From the NCBI GenBank assembly GCA_965262585.1, contig OZ253546.1, forward strand, positions 1,098,547 through 1,162,546: a stretch of DNA of 64,000 nt, written 5' to 3'. This DNA comes from Candidatus Poriferihabitaceae bacterium. GTDB taxonomy: Bacteria > Pseudomonadota > Gammaproteobacteria > Arenicellales > Poriferihabitantaceae. Under the pieces are notes generated by a model, which saw nothing but the letters and a program-made list of their open reading frames with translations, did no database searches and was not told where the DNA came from. This document shows, one piece after another, positions 41,303 through 50,485 of this stretch. How positions within the stretch are numbered: position 1 is the first letter of the stretch; every line of letters starts with the position of its first letter. The translations under genes were made by a program, and so were the position numbers.

Positions 41303-42321
41303 TGAACCCTAACCGCGACCAACTTCGCCGAGCATTCCTCGCCGAAAATCGCTGGGGGGATGCGGAAGTTTTACCGCTCAAGCCGGATGCGTCGTTTCGC
41401 CATTACCTGAGATTGCGACACAACGGCACCACCGCCATGCTGATGGATGCGCCGCCGCCACGGGAAAATGTGAATGCGTTCGTGGCCGTAACCCGGCATC
41501 TGGAAAAACTCGGCGTGCGCGCACCGGCTATTTACGGGGCGGACGCCGACAACGGATTTTTGCTGCTCGAAGACCTCGGCGATCAGACCTTTGCCCGGTT
41601 GCTTGCCGAAGGGCACGATGAACGCGCGCTATACCGGCAAGCCATCGACGTGCTTGGGCGCATCAACGGACACCCGGAAGCCGCCGCCATCGAGTTGCCG
41701 ATTTATAACATTGAACCCGCGCTGGCGGAGGCGAACTTGCTGCTCGATTGGTATATCCCGGCGCGATGCGAGCGGCCGGTGAGCGCGGCGGCACGGGATT
41801 CGTTTGCGCAAATTTGGGCGGAAATGTTGGACGCGCTTGCGTCTCTGGAAGCGACTCTGGTGCTGCGCGATTATCACATCGCCAACCTCATGCTGACCGG
41901 CGGCGACTGCGCGGTGCTGGATTATCAAGACGCGCTCATCGGCTCTCCCGCCTACGATCTGGTGTCCCTGCTGGAAGACGCCCGGCGCGATATTGCTCCG
42001 CCACTGGCGAATGAAATGATGGAGTTGTATCTCTCGCAAAACCCCGCCATCGACCGGCGCACTCTGCATCAACACTGCATCGTCTGGGGCGCGCAACGGC
42101 ACTGCAAGGTGGCCGGTATTTTTGTGCGCCTGTGGTTGCGAGACGGCAAGGATGCATACCTGCGGCATCTGCCCAGGGTGATGCAACTGCTGCAGCGACA
42201 TCTTCATGAACCGGCGTTGAAACCTTTGCGAGATTGGCTCGACAACCACCTCGGCGAACTCACGCACCGCGATTTTGCCGCCGCCCCGCAGCAACTGCTG
42301 CGCCATTGCAACCCAGCATAA
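41302..42321 (+). CDS. Aminoglycoside-phosphotransferase-fold kinase (possibly anomeric MurNAc/GlcNAc kinase AmgK-like)
   Basis: APH-family catalytic loop RDYHIANLML and a downstream DYQDA. At 339 aa the length fits AmgK-like proteins. No murU is adjacent, so the specific call is weak. Confidence 0.6.
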   Translation: MNPNRDQLRRAFLAENRWGDAEVLPLKPDASFRHYLRLRHNGTTAMLMDAPPPRENVNAFVAVTRHLEKLGVRAPAIYGADADNGFLLLEDLGDQTFARLLAEGHDERALYRQAIDVLGRINGHPEAAAIELPIYNIEPALAEANLLLDWYIPARCERPVSAAARDSFAQIWAEMLDALASLEATLVLRDYHIANLMLTGGDCAVLDYQDALIGSPAYDLVSLLEDARRDIAPPLANEMMELYLSQNPAIDRRTLHQHCIVWGAQRHCKVAGIFVRLWLRDGKDAYLRHLPRVMQLLQRHLHEPALKPLRDWLDNHLGELTHRDFAAAPQQLLRHCNPA

Positions 42322-42334
42322 AAAGCGCCTCCCC

Positions 42335-43039
42335 ATGTCAGTCATTCCCTTAGACAACCTCGCGCTGGCTTTCCTGCCGGCGTTGCTGGTGGTCGGCGTG
42401 TTCTATTGGTGGTCGCTCAAAACCGGCTCCGTGTTTTACGCATTTTTTCGGATGCTGGTGCAACTCATGCTGGTGGGCTACGTGCTGCTTTGGGTTTTCG
42501 ATGTCAAACACGCTTGGATCATACTGTCGCTGGTGACCGTCATGGTGTTGATCTCAACCTGGATCGCGCTGCGAACAATACCCGACCACCGCCGGGCGTT
42601 GTATTTCACCACCCTGCTATCCATCCTGCTGGGCGGCGGCGGAGTGCTGCTGCTGGTGACGCAATTCGTGCTCGACCTCGAACCGTGGTATCAACCGAAT
42701 TTTTTCATCCCGCTGGCGGGCATGATCTTCTCCAACAGCATGAACGGCGTCAGCCTCGCCGCCGACCGGTTGCAATCGGAACTCGCCGCCGGAGACTACC
42801 TCAAAGCCCGCACCAGCGCGCTACACACCGCGCTCATCCCGCTGGTTAATTCATTGTTTGCAGTAGGATTGGTGGCACTGCCGGGGATGATGACCGGCCA
42901 AATTCTGTCCGGAGTATCGCCGCTCATCGCCGCACGCTATCAAATCATGGTGATGTGCATGATCTTCGGCGCCGCCGGCCTGTCCACCATTTTGTTTTTG
43001 TGGTTCAGCCGCCGATATTTTGAGGACCAGAAAATATAA
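42335..43039 (+). CDS. FetB/YbbM-family (UPF0014) ABC-type permease-like membrane protein
   Basis: VGLVALPGMMTGQILSGVSPLIAARYQIMVM closely parallels the conserved C-terminal block of E. coli FetB as I recall it. No partner ATPase is adjacent. ATG at 42335. Confidence 0.75.
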   Translation: MSVIPLDNLALAFLPALLVVGVFYWWSLKTGSVFYAFFRMLVQLMLVGYVLLWVFDVKHAWIILSLVTVMVLISTWIALRTIPDHRRALYFTTLLSILLGGGGVLLLVTQFVLDLEPWYQPNFFIPLAGMIFSNSMNGVSLAADRLQSELAAGDYLKARTSALHTALIPLVNSLFAVGLVALPGMMTGQILSGVSPLIAARYQIMVMCMIFGAAGLSTILFLWFSRRYFEDQKI

Positions 43040-43041
43040 AA

Positions 43042-43065
43042 AGCCCGGGCCTCACGGCCCGGGCT
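43042..43065 (+). terminator. GC-rich hairpin downstream of the permease gene (no T-tract)
   Basis: AGCCCGGGCC-TCAC-GGCCCGGGCT, a perfect 10-bp stem. The missing U-run makes intrinsic termination uncertain. Confidence 0.35.
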
Positions 43066-43380
43066 TCGCGGCATCCCTGCCACCCGGCAACCCAACGGCC
43101 ATCCTCGCCGCTAGGCATGCGTCCCGGCAATCCCTGGGTTCAAACGGGGCACTCAACCCGCCGCCATCCTCAGCTTCCCTACAAACCCAATTTCCGGCCA
43201 GTGCCAATTTCCGACACCGCCTGTCCTCCTTGGACACGCACATAATGCGTCAATGATGCAAAGGATGGTGTGGCATATCGCACAATTACGGGGGGATCTT
43301 GTTGCCCTGAATCTAACGTTTCCACCTCAGGTTAAATTCACCCTTCCCGTTCCCAGCCCTCGTAGGGACAGGTCGCGACC

Positions 43381-43447
43381 TGTCCTTTTAAGGAGCGGCT
43401 ACGCCGCACATGTCTTCCTGGATTCCCGCTTTCGCGGGAATGACGGG
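43381..43447. repeat. REP-type element (TTAAGGAGCGGCTACGCCGCAC...CTGGATTCCCGC-TTTC-GCGGGAATGAC)
   Basis: Alignable to 1111-1177. A second palindrome, GGACAGGTCGCGACCTGTCC, precedes it at about 43358-43377. Confidence 0.8.
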
Positions 43448-43508
43448 ATTATATTTTTGGGAATTACATACTTGACTTGCCAATCACCGCATAACCCCAT
43501 TTTCGGAT

Positions 43509-43537
43509 TTGACAAATCTGTCAAATATGCCTACTAT
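43509..43537 (+). promoter_or_regulatory. Candidate sigma-70 promoter (TTGACA-17 bp-TACTAT) embedded in the palindrome TTTGACAAATCTGTCAAA
   Basis: A consensus -35 at 43509-43514 and a -10-like TACTAT at 43532-43537, about 155 bp upstream of the OMP gene. Confidence 0.35.
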
Positions 43538-43693
43538 TCGCCGCGTACTCACTATTGCTGGAATCCCGTGTTGGGTTTCCTGTCGAATATAAGACCTTCG
43601 GGGAATAAACAGGCACACTGTTATCCTGCAATGTGAGTACAAGCCCAGCATCTTTGCTGGATACCTCAATGTACTAACAAACAGGATAAAACC

Positions 43694-44347
43694 ATGAAAA
43701 AGCAAATTATGACCGCAGCAACCACTCTCGCACTGCTAACCGTAGCCCCCGCGTATGCGGAATTTCGGGTTGGGGTTGAGGCTGGCTCTTCGTCCGTATC
43801 TGGCGAACTTCAGTCGGGAGGCAATCATGTCCTGGGAGGCAATGAGAGCGGTGGTGCGATTGGCGTTTTTGGGCAATACCGCTTTGAGGCCAGCGATACG
43901 CTGGATTGGGGGGTTCATCTTGGTTATTCCTCTGAATCTGCCGATGTGGATGCCGCATATGGCACAGTGACCCTTGCGGGAGTAACATATACCGATGCAG
44001 TCATTGAGATTGAGGTGGAATCAACCTACGACTTAATGGGGATTATCGCGTGGAAAGGCGGAAAAGCAAATCCGTTCATAATGGCCGGATACAGCACCAT
44101 CCAAATCGATGGCTCTGCTTCTGGAACAAACAGCGGGACAAGGACAACGATTAGCGATGACGATTCTGCGTCTGGCTGGAAGGTCGCTATCGGCGTTGAG
44201 TTCCCGCTTGGCGAGTCGTGGAGTGCCCACGCAGTGATTGACTATGCCGATTACGGCGATCTAGACTTTAATTCCGATTCTGACCTTGACCTTGAGTTTG
44301 AAACTGAGCAAACTGGCATCGGTATCGGCATCAGTTACAGGTTTTAA
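43694..44347 (+). CDS. Small outer-membrane beta-barrel protein (OmpA-like/OmpW-like barrel family)
   Basis: Signal peptide ending AYA, alternating-hydrophobicity beta strands, and the C-terminal aromatic signature GIGISYRF. Confidence 0.7.
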   Translation: MKKQIMTAATTLALLTVAPAYAEFRVGVEAGSSSVSGELQSGGNHVLGGNESGGAIGVFGQYRFEASDTLDWGVHLGYSSESADVDAAYGTVTLAGVTYTDAVIEIEVESTYDLMGIIAWKGGKANPFIMAGYSTIQIDGSASGTNSGTRTTISDDDSASGWKVAIGVEFPLGESWSAHAVIDYADYGDLDFNSDSDLDLEFETEQTGIGIGISYRF

Positions 44348-44375
44348 CAATCGAGAAATACCGGAGGGTACTGTT

Positions 44376-44684
44376 ATGAACACAAAGAAAGCAAAATCAC
44401 CGTTAAATGGTAGCGTTGATTTGCTGTCGAAAGCCTTGCGTGATGTTATTGTTGAGGCGGTCGCCCATGACCGACTAGAAACAAGAGAGGTGTTGCGCGC
44501 TGGCATTAGAGAAGATGTTCGTATCGCCGTGAAAGAGTCTGAGAGCGTATTGCTCGAATCCCACGAAAGCGATATGAAGGAATTTTCCAAGAAGGTCGAT
44601 AGTAGCGGACAAGTAACCATCGAAAACACCCAAGCCCAAATCGCAGAACTCCGCAAAGAGATAATGCAATCAAGGCCAGGGTAA
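44376..44684 (+). CDS. Hypothetical protein (charged, helical)
   Basis: ATG at 44376 preceded by a GGAGGG RBS. 102 aa with no recognisable motif. Confidence 0.45.
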   Translation: MNTKKAKSPLNGSVDLLSKALRDVIVEAVAHDRLETREVLRAGIREDVRIAVKESESVLLESHESDMKEFSKKVDSSGQVTIENTQAQIAELRKEIMQSRPG

Positions 44685-44706
44685 CTCCACACACCAAACC
44701 AAGATT

Positions 44707-44737
44707 ATAGCCGCCCTGTTGGGCGGCTATTTTTTGT
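44707..44737 (+). terminator. Rho-independent terminator
   Basis: ATAGCCGCCC-TGTT-GGGCGGCTAT followed by TTTTTGTTT. Confidence 0.7.
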
Positions 44738-44769
44738 TTGTTGGTTCTTCCTTGTTGCTTTTTGTGAAA

Positions 44770-44852
44770 TTAAAGGGGTCAGTGTGAATTAAATTGATTA
44801 TACGGCCGAGAAGGGATGGGGGTTTATTTAATTCACACTGACCCCTTTATTC
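44770..44852 (+). repeat. Palindromic cassette-boundary element, copy R1
   Basis: AAAGGGGTCAGTGTGAATTAAAT - 31-nt asymmetric centre (TGATTATACGGCCGAGAAGGGATGGGGGTTT) - ATTTAATTCACACTGACCCCTTTAT. Confidence 0.95.
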
Positions 44853-44885
44853 TTCCGGTCAAGTGGATGCAATTGTTAAGCATGA

Positions 44886-45647
44886 TTAGAATCGAATATT
44901 TCCTAAATAAGGACGAATATTAAATGTTTTCATACTCGCTTGATTCAAAACTATGCTCATCATGGCATAAAATAATAATAATGGCTTTTCTGTCAAACTA
45001 GCAACATTTTTTGAAGTTAGGTCTGGAGTTATACGAAACATATCATCTGATGTTTGATTGAGAATAACTCCTTTGTTTAAAATACAAATAGAATCAATAC
45101 GCTTATGAACTGGCAATAAGTTCTGAAGTTCAACAAGATTAGTCAACACGGAATCTAGGTTTGGAGAATCGAAAGCGAACACAAAATGTTGCATTGGCCA
45201 ATCTTCCCATTTTTTACCATATAAAGTCTTCTTTTCAATCAAAATTGAATTAGGAGAAAAGAATGCTTTTTTTTCCAATTTTTTAACACTTTTCATATTA
45301 TCAAAAGCTTTTTCCAATTCGCTCTTGTCTAAATAAGCTTTAACCTCGATAACTGCGTACACACATTCAACAGGTATAACTCGCACATTTTCCGATTGAT
45401 AAAATATAGGCGTTTTAGCTGAATCATGAATGATAATATCTAATTGTCTAGAGACTCCACCATTTGAATCAACAATAGTACCTGAACTAATATCTAAAGT
45501 TCTAGGCAAATATTGCCTTAGAAAATCTTTAACAATCTGTTCATTTGCCGCTCCCTTTAAACCGGAATGATTTAAAGCTTTCCTAGATTTTTCGAAATCA
45601 GATAACATCTGAATAGAAACTTCATTAAAAATGTCTGATAGATTCAT
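44886..45647 (-). CDS. Cassette A: PD-(D/E)xK nuclease-fold protein, DUF6602-like
   Basis: AT-rich 253-aa ORF. GAANEQIVKDFLRQYLP ... SRQLDIIIHD ... VYAVIEVK gives an E / D / E-x-K arrangement and resembles the DUF6602 N-terminal pattern as I recall it. Confidence 0.55.
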   Translation of the reverse strand: MNLSDIFNEVSIQMLSDFEKSRKALNHSGLKGAANEQIVKDFLRQYLPRTLDISSGTIVDSNGGVSRQLDIIIHDSAKTPIFYQSENVRVIPVECVYAVIEVKAYLDKSELEKAFDNMKSVKKLEKKAFFSPNSILIEKKTLYGKKWEDWPMQHFVFAFDSPNLDSVLTNLVELQNLLPVHKRIDSICILNKGVILNQTSDDMFRITPDLTSKNVASLTEKPLLLFYAMMSIVLNQASMKTFNIRPYLGNIRF

Positions 45648-45653
45648 TTTAAA

Positions 45654-45734
45654 AATAAAGGGGTCAGTGTGAATAAATTGATTATACAGCCAAAAAGGAT
45701 GAGGGTTTATTTAATTCACACTGACCCCTTTATT
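45654..45734 (+). repeat. Palindromic cassette-boundary element, copy R2
   Basis: Same element and orientation as R1, with a 1-nt deletion in the left arm. It starts 7 nt from the cassette A start codon. Confidence 0.95.
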
Positions 45735-45806
45735 GCGTCACCGTAATCACTTAATCGGTTATGCTGATGCCTAACCTACCAACCACGGGGCAATTTTGAA
45801 CACGCT

Positions 45807-48800
45807 ATGCTCAACAAAATATCCCTCGACGACAAGTATGCGCTGGATGCGACTCGTGCTTATTTGACTGGCATTGAGGCGTTGGTGCGGCTGCCGATTT
45901 TGCAGCATCAGCGGGATCTCGAGGCCGGGTTGAATACGGCCGGTTTCGTTTCCGGGTATCGGGGTTCGCCGGTGGGGACGGTGGATCAGGCGATGTGGAA
46001 GGCGGCGGCGTGGTTGGACAAGCACCATATCCGTTTTCAGCCCGGCATCAACGAGGATTTGGCGGCGACCGCGGTTTGGGGCACTCAGCAAACCCACTTG
46101 TTGCCGGGGGCGAAATACGACGGCGTGTTCGCGCTTTGGTATGGCAAGGGGCCCGGCGTCGACCGCAGCATGGATGTGATTAAGCACGCCAACGCTTTTG
46201 GCACCACGCAATACGGCGGCGTGCTGGCGGTGGCCGGCGACGACCACGCTTGCAAGTCCTCCACGGTTCCGCATCAGAGCGAGCACATGTTCATCGGTGC
46301 CGCCGTGCCGGTGCTCAATCCGGCCAACGTTCAGGATGTGCTGGATTATGGAATCTACGGCTGGGCGTTGTCGCGCTATAGCGGGTGCTGGGTGGGGCTG
46401 AAAGCCATCACTGAAAACATGGATTCGGCGATCTCTGCGGACATCGATCCGGCCCGTGTGCAAATCCGCCTGCCCCACGATTTCGAGGAACCGCCGGGCG
46501 GCTTGAACGCGCACTGGCCCACCACGCCGCTAGAGCAAGAACAACTGCTGCACAAATACCGCATCTACGCCGCCCGCGCTTTCGCGTATGCCAACCACCT
46601 CAACCGGGTAACCCTCGACACGCCCAACCCGAGGCTTGGCATCGTAACTTCAGGGAAATCCCATCTCGATGTCATGGAAGCATTGCAAGACCTGGGCATC
46701 GACCAAAACACCGCCGGCGAAATTGGTATCCGCATCTATAAGGTCGGCATGAGTTGGCCGCTGGAACCCATCGCCACCCACCGCTTCGCCAAGGGCCTTC
46801 AAGAAATTCTGGTGGTGGAGGAAAAGCGCAGCATCCTTGAAGACCAAATCACCGGGCAACTATACAACTGGCCGGTGGCCGAGCGTCCCATGGTGGTGGG
46901 GGAATTCGACGAACACGGCAACGACTTGGTCACCAACCTCGGCGAACTAACCCCGGCGATGGTGGCGCGCGCTATCGGCAGTCGCGTTACCCGCTTTTAC
47001 GAAAGCCGCAGCATCCGCGAGCGGCTGGAGTTTCTCGACGCCAAAGAGCGACGCCTTGCCGCCCCCCACGAGTCGCTGACCCGCACTCCTTATTTTTGCT
47101 CCGGCTGTCCGCACAATACCTCGACGCGGGTTCCCGACGGCAGCGTTGGCATGGCCGGAATCGGCTGTCATTACATGGCCAAGTGGATGAACCGCAACAC
47201 CGAAACCTTCACCCAGATGGGCGGCGAAGGCGCGTCTTGGATCGGCATGGCGCCATTCACAAAAACCAAACATGTGTTCCAGAACATCGGTGATGGCACC
47301 TATTTTCACAGCGGCCTGCTTGCCATCCGCGCCGCCGTCTCCGCCGGTGTCAACATCACCTACAAGGTGTTACTCAACGACGCCGTCGCCATGACCGGCG
47401 GGCAACCGGTGGACGGCTCGCTGACCCTTGCGGAATTGGCGGCGCAGTTGCAGGCCGAAGGTGTTGTGCGGCTTGCGGTGGTTGCCGAAGATGTCAAAAA
47501 AGCCCAAAGCAAACTGCGCGGATTTAATCGCATCACCGTCCACCCACGGCGCGAATTCGACCAACTTCAACTGCAGTTTCGGGAAGTCAAAGGCACCAGC
47601 GTAATCATCTATGACCAGACCTGCGCCGCCGAAAAACGCCGCCGCCGCAAGCGCGGGCTGATGCCGGAAAGCCCGGCCCGGGTATTCATCAACGCCGAAG
47701 TTTGCGAAGGTTGCGGCGACTGCAGCACCACCTCCAACTGCCTGTCAGTATTGCCGAAAAAAACCGACCTCGGCGTCAAGCGACAGATCGACCAAAGTGC
47801 CTGCAACAAAGACTTCACCTGCCTCGACGGCTTCTGCCCAAGTTTTGTCACCGTCACCGGCGCCGTCTTGCGAAAGCCAAGCGACACACAAAGCGAAAGC
47901 CTGGAAGTGGTGCTCCCGGAGCCGCGACTGCCGCGCATCGAAAGGCCGTGGAACATCCTGGTCACCGGCATCGGCGGTACCGGCGTGCTCACCGTGGGTT
48001 CGCTGGTGGCCATGGCCGCCCACATCGAAGGCAAGGGCTGCGCAACCTTAAACCAAACTGGACTGGCGCAGAAATTCGGCGCGGTGGTCAGCCATGTGCG
48101 CATCGCCAAAAATCAAAACCAAATCCACGCGGTGCGCATTCCCGAAGGCGATGCCGACTTGCTGCTCGGTTGTGATTTGGTAGTCTCCGCCATGCCCGAA
48201 GCGCTGGCGCGGCTCGATGCGAAACGATCTCATTCGGTGGTGAACACCCATGAAAACCCCACCGCGGATTTCATTCACGATGCGCAGTATCGATTCCCCG
48301 GTGAATCCATGCGGCAACTGATCCGCGACGAAACCGGCACCGACAAAACCGCCTTCGTCAACGCCACCCGCATCGCCCGGGACTTGCTGGGCGACTCCAT
48401 CGGCGGCAATCTATTTTTGCTGGGCTTCGCGTATCAGCGCGGCCTGATTCCGGTCAGCGCCGAAGCCATCGACCGGGCTATCGAATTAAACGATGTTGCG
48501 GTGGAATTCAATCGCCGGGCATTTTTGTGGGGACGGCGCGCGGCGGTGAATCTTGAAGTGGTAGAAAACCTCGCCGGCCATAATCCCAAGCCCGCTTCGA
48601 CCACTCCGACATTAACCGGCGTGGATGAGATCATCGCCCAGCGGCATCGCCACCTGACCGCTTATCAGAACCGAAAATACGCCGACCGATACCGTGTGCT
48701 GGTGGAGCGCGTTCGGGATTTCGAAAACCAATTCACCGGCGGTGGCGATGAAACGGCCAACCTCACCGAAGCGGTGGCGCGTAATTATTTCAAACTGCTG

Positions 48801-49286
48801 GCGTATAAAGACGAATACGAAATCGCGCGGCTGTATTCCAACGGCGACTTCATCAACAACCTAAAAAAGCAATTCGCCGGTCCTTTCAAACTCAATTTCC
48901 ACCTCGCACCACCGCTACTGGCGCGCAAAGACCCGTTGACCGGCCACCCAATCAAACGCCGCTTCCCCGGCCTCACGCTGCAATTTTTCAACTTGCTCGC
49001 ACGCCTCAAATTCGTGCGTGGAACGCAACTGGATTTATTCGGCCACAGCCCGGAACGCAAACAAGAACGACAACTGATTGCGGATTATGAAAACGATCTG
49101 GCACAACTACTAAAATCGATAACCGCCGACAACTACTCAACCGCAATAGCCATCGCCGACCTACCAGAAATAGTCAAAGGCTTCGGCCACATCAAAATAG
49201 CCCACATCCAAAAATACCACGAAAGAAAAAAAGAACTACTCCGAAAATTCCACGGACCGGAAATAAAAGGGGTCAGTGTGAATTAA
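45807..49286 (+). CDS. Indolepyruvate:ferredoxin oxidoreductase family protein (fused alpha/beta)
   Basis: 1159 aa, GC-rich. N-terminus LDDKYALDATRAYLTGIEALVRLPI, a TPP-binding region, ferredoxin-type Cys cluster CEGCGDC, and a PFOR-gamma-like domain (ILVTGIGGTGV). The last 6 codons and the stop come from element R3. Confidence 0.9.
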   Translation: MLNKISLDDKYALDATRAYLTGIEALVRLPILQHQRDLEAGLNTAGFVSGYRGSPVGTVDQAMWKAAAWLDKHHIRFQPGINEDLAATAVWGTQQTHLLPGAKYDGVFALWYGKGPGVDRSMDVIKHANAFGTTQYGGVLAVAGDDHACKSSTVPHQSEHMFIGAAVPVLNPANVQDVLDYGIYGWALSRYSGCWVGLKAITENMDSAISADIDPARVQIRLPHDFEEPPGGLNAHWPTTPLEQEQLLHKYRIYAARAFAYANHLNRVTLDTPNPRLGIVTSGKSHLDVMEALQDLGIDQNTAGEIGIRIYKVGMSWPLEPIATHRFAKGLQEILVVEEKRSILEDQITGQLYNWPVAERPMVVGEFDEHGNDLVTNLGELTPAMVARAIGSRVTRFYESRSIRERLEFLDAKERRLAAPHESLTRTPYFCSGCPHNTSTRVPDGSVGMAGIGCHYMAKWMNRNTETFTQMGGEGASWIGMAPFTKTKHVFQNIGDGTYFHSGLLAIRAAVSAGVNITYKVLLNDAVAMTGGQPVDGSLTLAELAAQLQAEGVVRLAVVAEDVKKAQSKLRGFNRITVHPRREFDQLQLQFREVKGTSVIIYDQTCAAEKRRRRKRGLMPESPARVFINAEVCEGCGDCSTTSNCLSVLPKKTDLGVKRQIDQSACNKDFTCLDGFCPSFVTVTGAVLRKPSDTQSESLEVVLPEPRLPRIERPWNILVTGIGGTGVLTVGSLVAMAAHIEGKGCATLNQTGLAQKFGAVVSHVRIAKNQNQIHAVRIPEGDADLLLGCDLVVSAMPEALARLDAKRSHSVVNTHENPTADFIHDAQYRFPGESMRQLIRDETGTDKTAFVNATRIARDLLGDSIGGNLFLLGFAYQRGLIPVSAEAIDRAIELNDVAVEFNRRAFLWGRRAAVNLEVVENLAGHNPKPASTTPTLTGVDEIIAQRHRHLTAYQNRKYADRYRVLVERVRDFENQFTGGGDETANLTEAVARNYFKLLAYKDEYEIARLYSNGDFINNLKKQFAGPFKLNFHLAPPLLARKDPLTGHPIKRRFPGLTLQFFNLLARLKFVRGTQLDLFGHSPERKQERQLIADYENDLAQLLKSITADNYSTAIAIADLPEIVKGFGHIKIAHIQKYHERKKELLRKFHGPEIKGVSVN

Positions 49287-49345
49287 ATTGATTATATGGC
49301 GAAGAAAGGATGGGGGTTTATTTAATTCATACTGACTCCTTTATT
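49262..49345 (+). repeat. Palindromic cassette-boundary element, copy R3
   Basis: Same element. The left arm holds the stop of the oxidoreductase gene (49284-49286). The right arm holds the stop of cassette B (49322-49324). Confidence 0.95.
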
Positions 49346-50467
49346 CTTTTTAGATTTGTTTTTCTCTTTTTCAAGTAACTTAAACAACTGATCGCGCATT
49401 TCTTTAGCTTGTAATTCTTTAGCATCCCATTCTTGTTGGTTTTTAGGTTTTCTACCGAATTCGTCTTGTGTGGCTATAAGCTTCCCTCCATCACCAACAA
49501 TAATTATTCCTCTATCATGTCCAATAGACCTAAATTCTCTGGATATTAATATCTTATCCAATTTTTCCCAGTCTGTACTATTTAGCTGCTTTTCAGGAAA
49601 TAACCATTCTTTTTGTGCAGCAGCAATGTATCTGGATGCTCTACTTTTAAGAATATAATTTATCCCTAATACTGACTGAGTATCTAATTTTCGCCCCCTA
49701 ATAATATCATCATATTTAACTATTGTATCGTCGAAGTATCGAGCATTAGTCCTAGATTTAAGTGCTTTTAATTTTCCAGGATTTCTGGCGTATTCAGTAT
49801 TTGTTAGAATAACACAGTGATTTAAATCTATTGGAAAAATTGTTCTTGTTCCCATTAGCTCAATTCCTGGGTCATTAGGAAATTCACAGTATTTTGATTT
49901 AGGGTAGCAAGCAGGGTTATATGTAGTAATGGGTGTATCGCTAACTATGAATTTAATATCCGAATCTTCGGCACTTACAACTTCCATAACTGCTTCTGCC
50001 CACATGGTGCAATTCATTTGGCGTACAGTTTGCATTTCATGGAGTAAAGTATTGTAATCTTTTGGCTTCAATGTATTTATTAGCCAATTTAGACCCCGTG
50101 GTGTTCTAAGTTTCTGAGCATCCATATATTCAAAAAAGTTTAGGACATGAGGGTGTAGTTTCCTCATCCAGTTATCAGATGCTAAGACTGGGAGTGCACG
50201 CGAACCTATAGTATCTATTTTTCCAAATAGGTGTGTTTCAATATCATCATTATCTATTCCAAAGTATTTAGTAGTATACAAGTCAATTTCGTAGAATAAT
50301 TTACGTGGTCCTTTTTGTACTACCTCTCCTTTTTTTATTACTGTTCCATCAGGTATTTTTTCTGTTTTTGGATGAAAGTCTAATCTATGATATGACGATT
50401 GCCCTTTGAGCATGAAGCGCCTTTGATACCATATTGGCACATAATGGTGTTTATGTGATATTGCCAT
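49322..50467 (-). CDS. Cassette B: DUF4238-family protein
   Basis: AT-rich 381-aa ORF beginning MAISHKHHYVPIWYQRRF, the H-Y-V-P-x-x-Y-x-x-x-F signature I associate with DUF4238. Confidence 0.7.
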   Translation of the reverse strand: MAISHKHHYVPIWYQRRFMLKGQSSYHRLDFHPKTEKIPDGTVIKKGEVVQKGPRKLFYEIDLYTTKYFGIDNDDIETHLFGKIDTIGSRALPVLASDNWMRKLHPHVLNFFEYMDAQKLRTPRGLNWLINTLKPKDYNTLLHEMQTVRQMNCTMWAEAVMEVVSAEDSDIKFIVSDTPITTYNPACYPKSKYCEFPNDPGIELMGTRTIFPIDLNHCVILTNTEYARNPGKLKALKSRTNARYFDDTIVKYDDIIRGRKLDTQSVLGINYILKSRASRYIAAAQKEWLFPEKQLNSTDWEKLDKILISREFRSIGHDRGIIIVGDGGKLIATQDEFGRKPKNQQEWDAKELQAKEMRDQLFKLLEKEKNKSKKNKGVSMN

Positions 50468-50485
50468 TTCATTTATATGATTTCA

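Noticed and set aside
40481-42357. 203-aa and 242-aa minus-strand ORFs (40481-41092 and 41629-42357)
   Set aside because: Antisense to map and to the kinase-fold gene; no motifs.
45771-46514. 247-aa minus-strand ORF
   Set aside because: Antisense to the 5' end of the well-supported oxidoreductase gene. Arg/Pro/His-rich shadow ORF.
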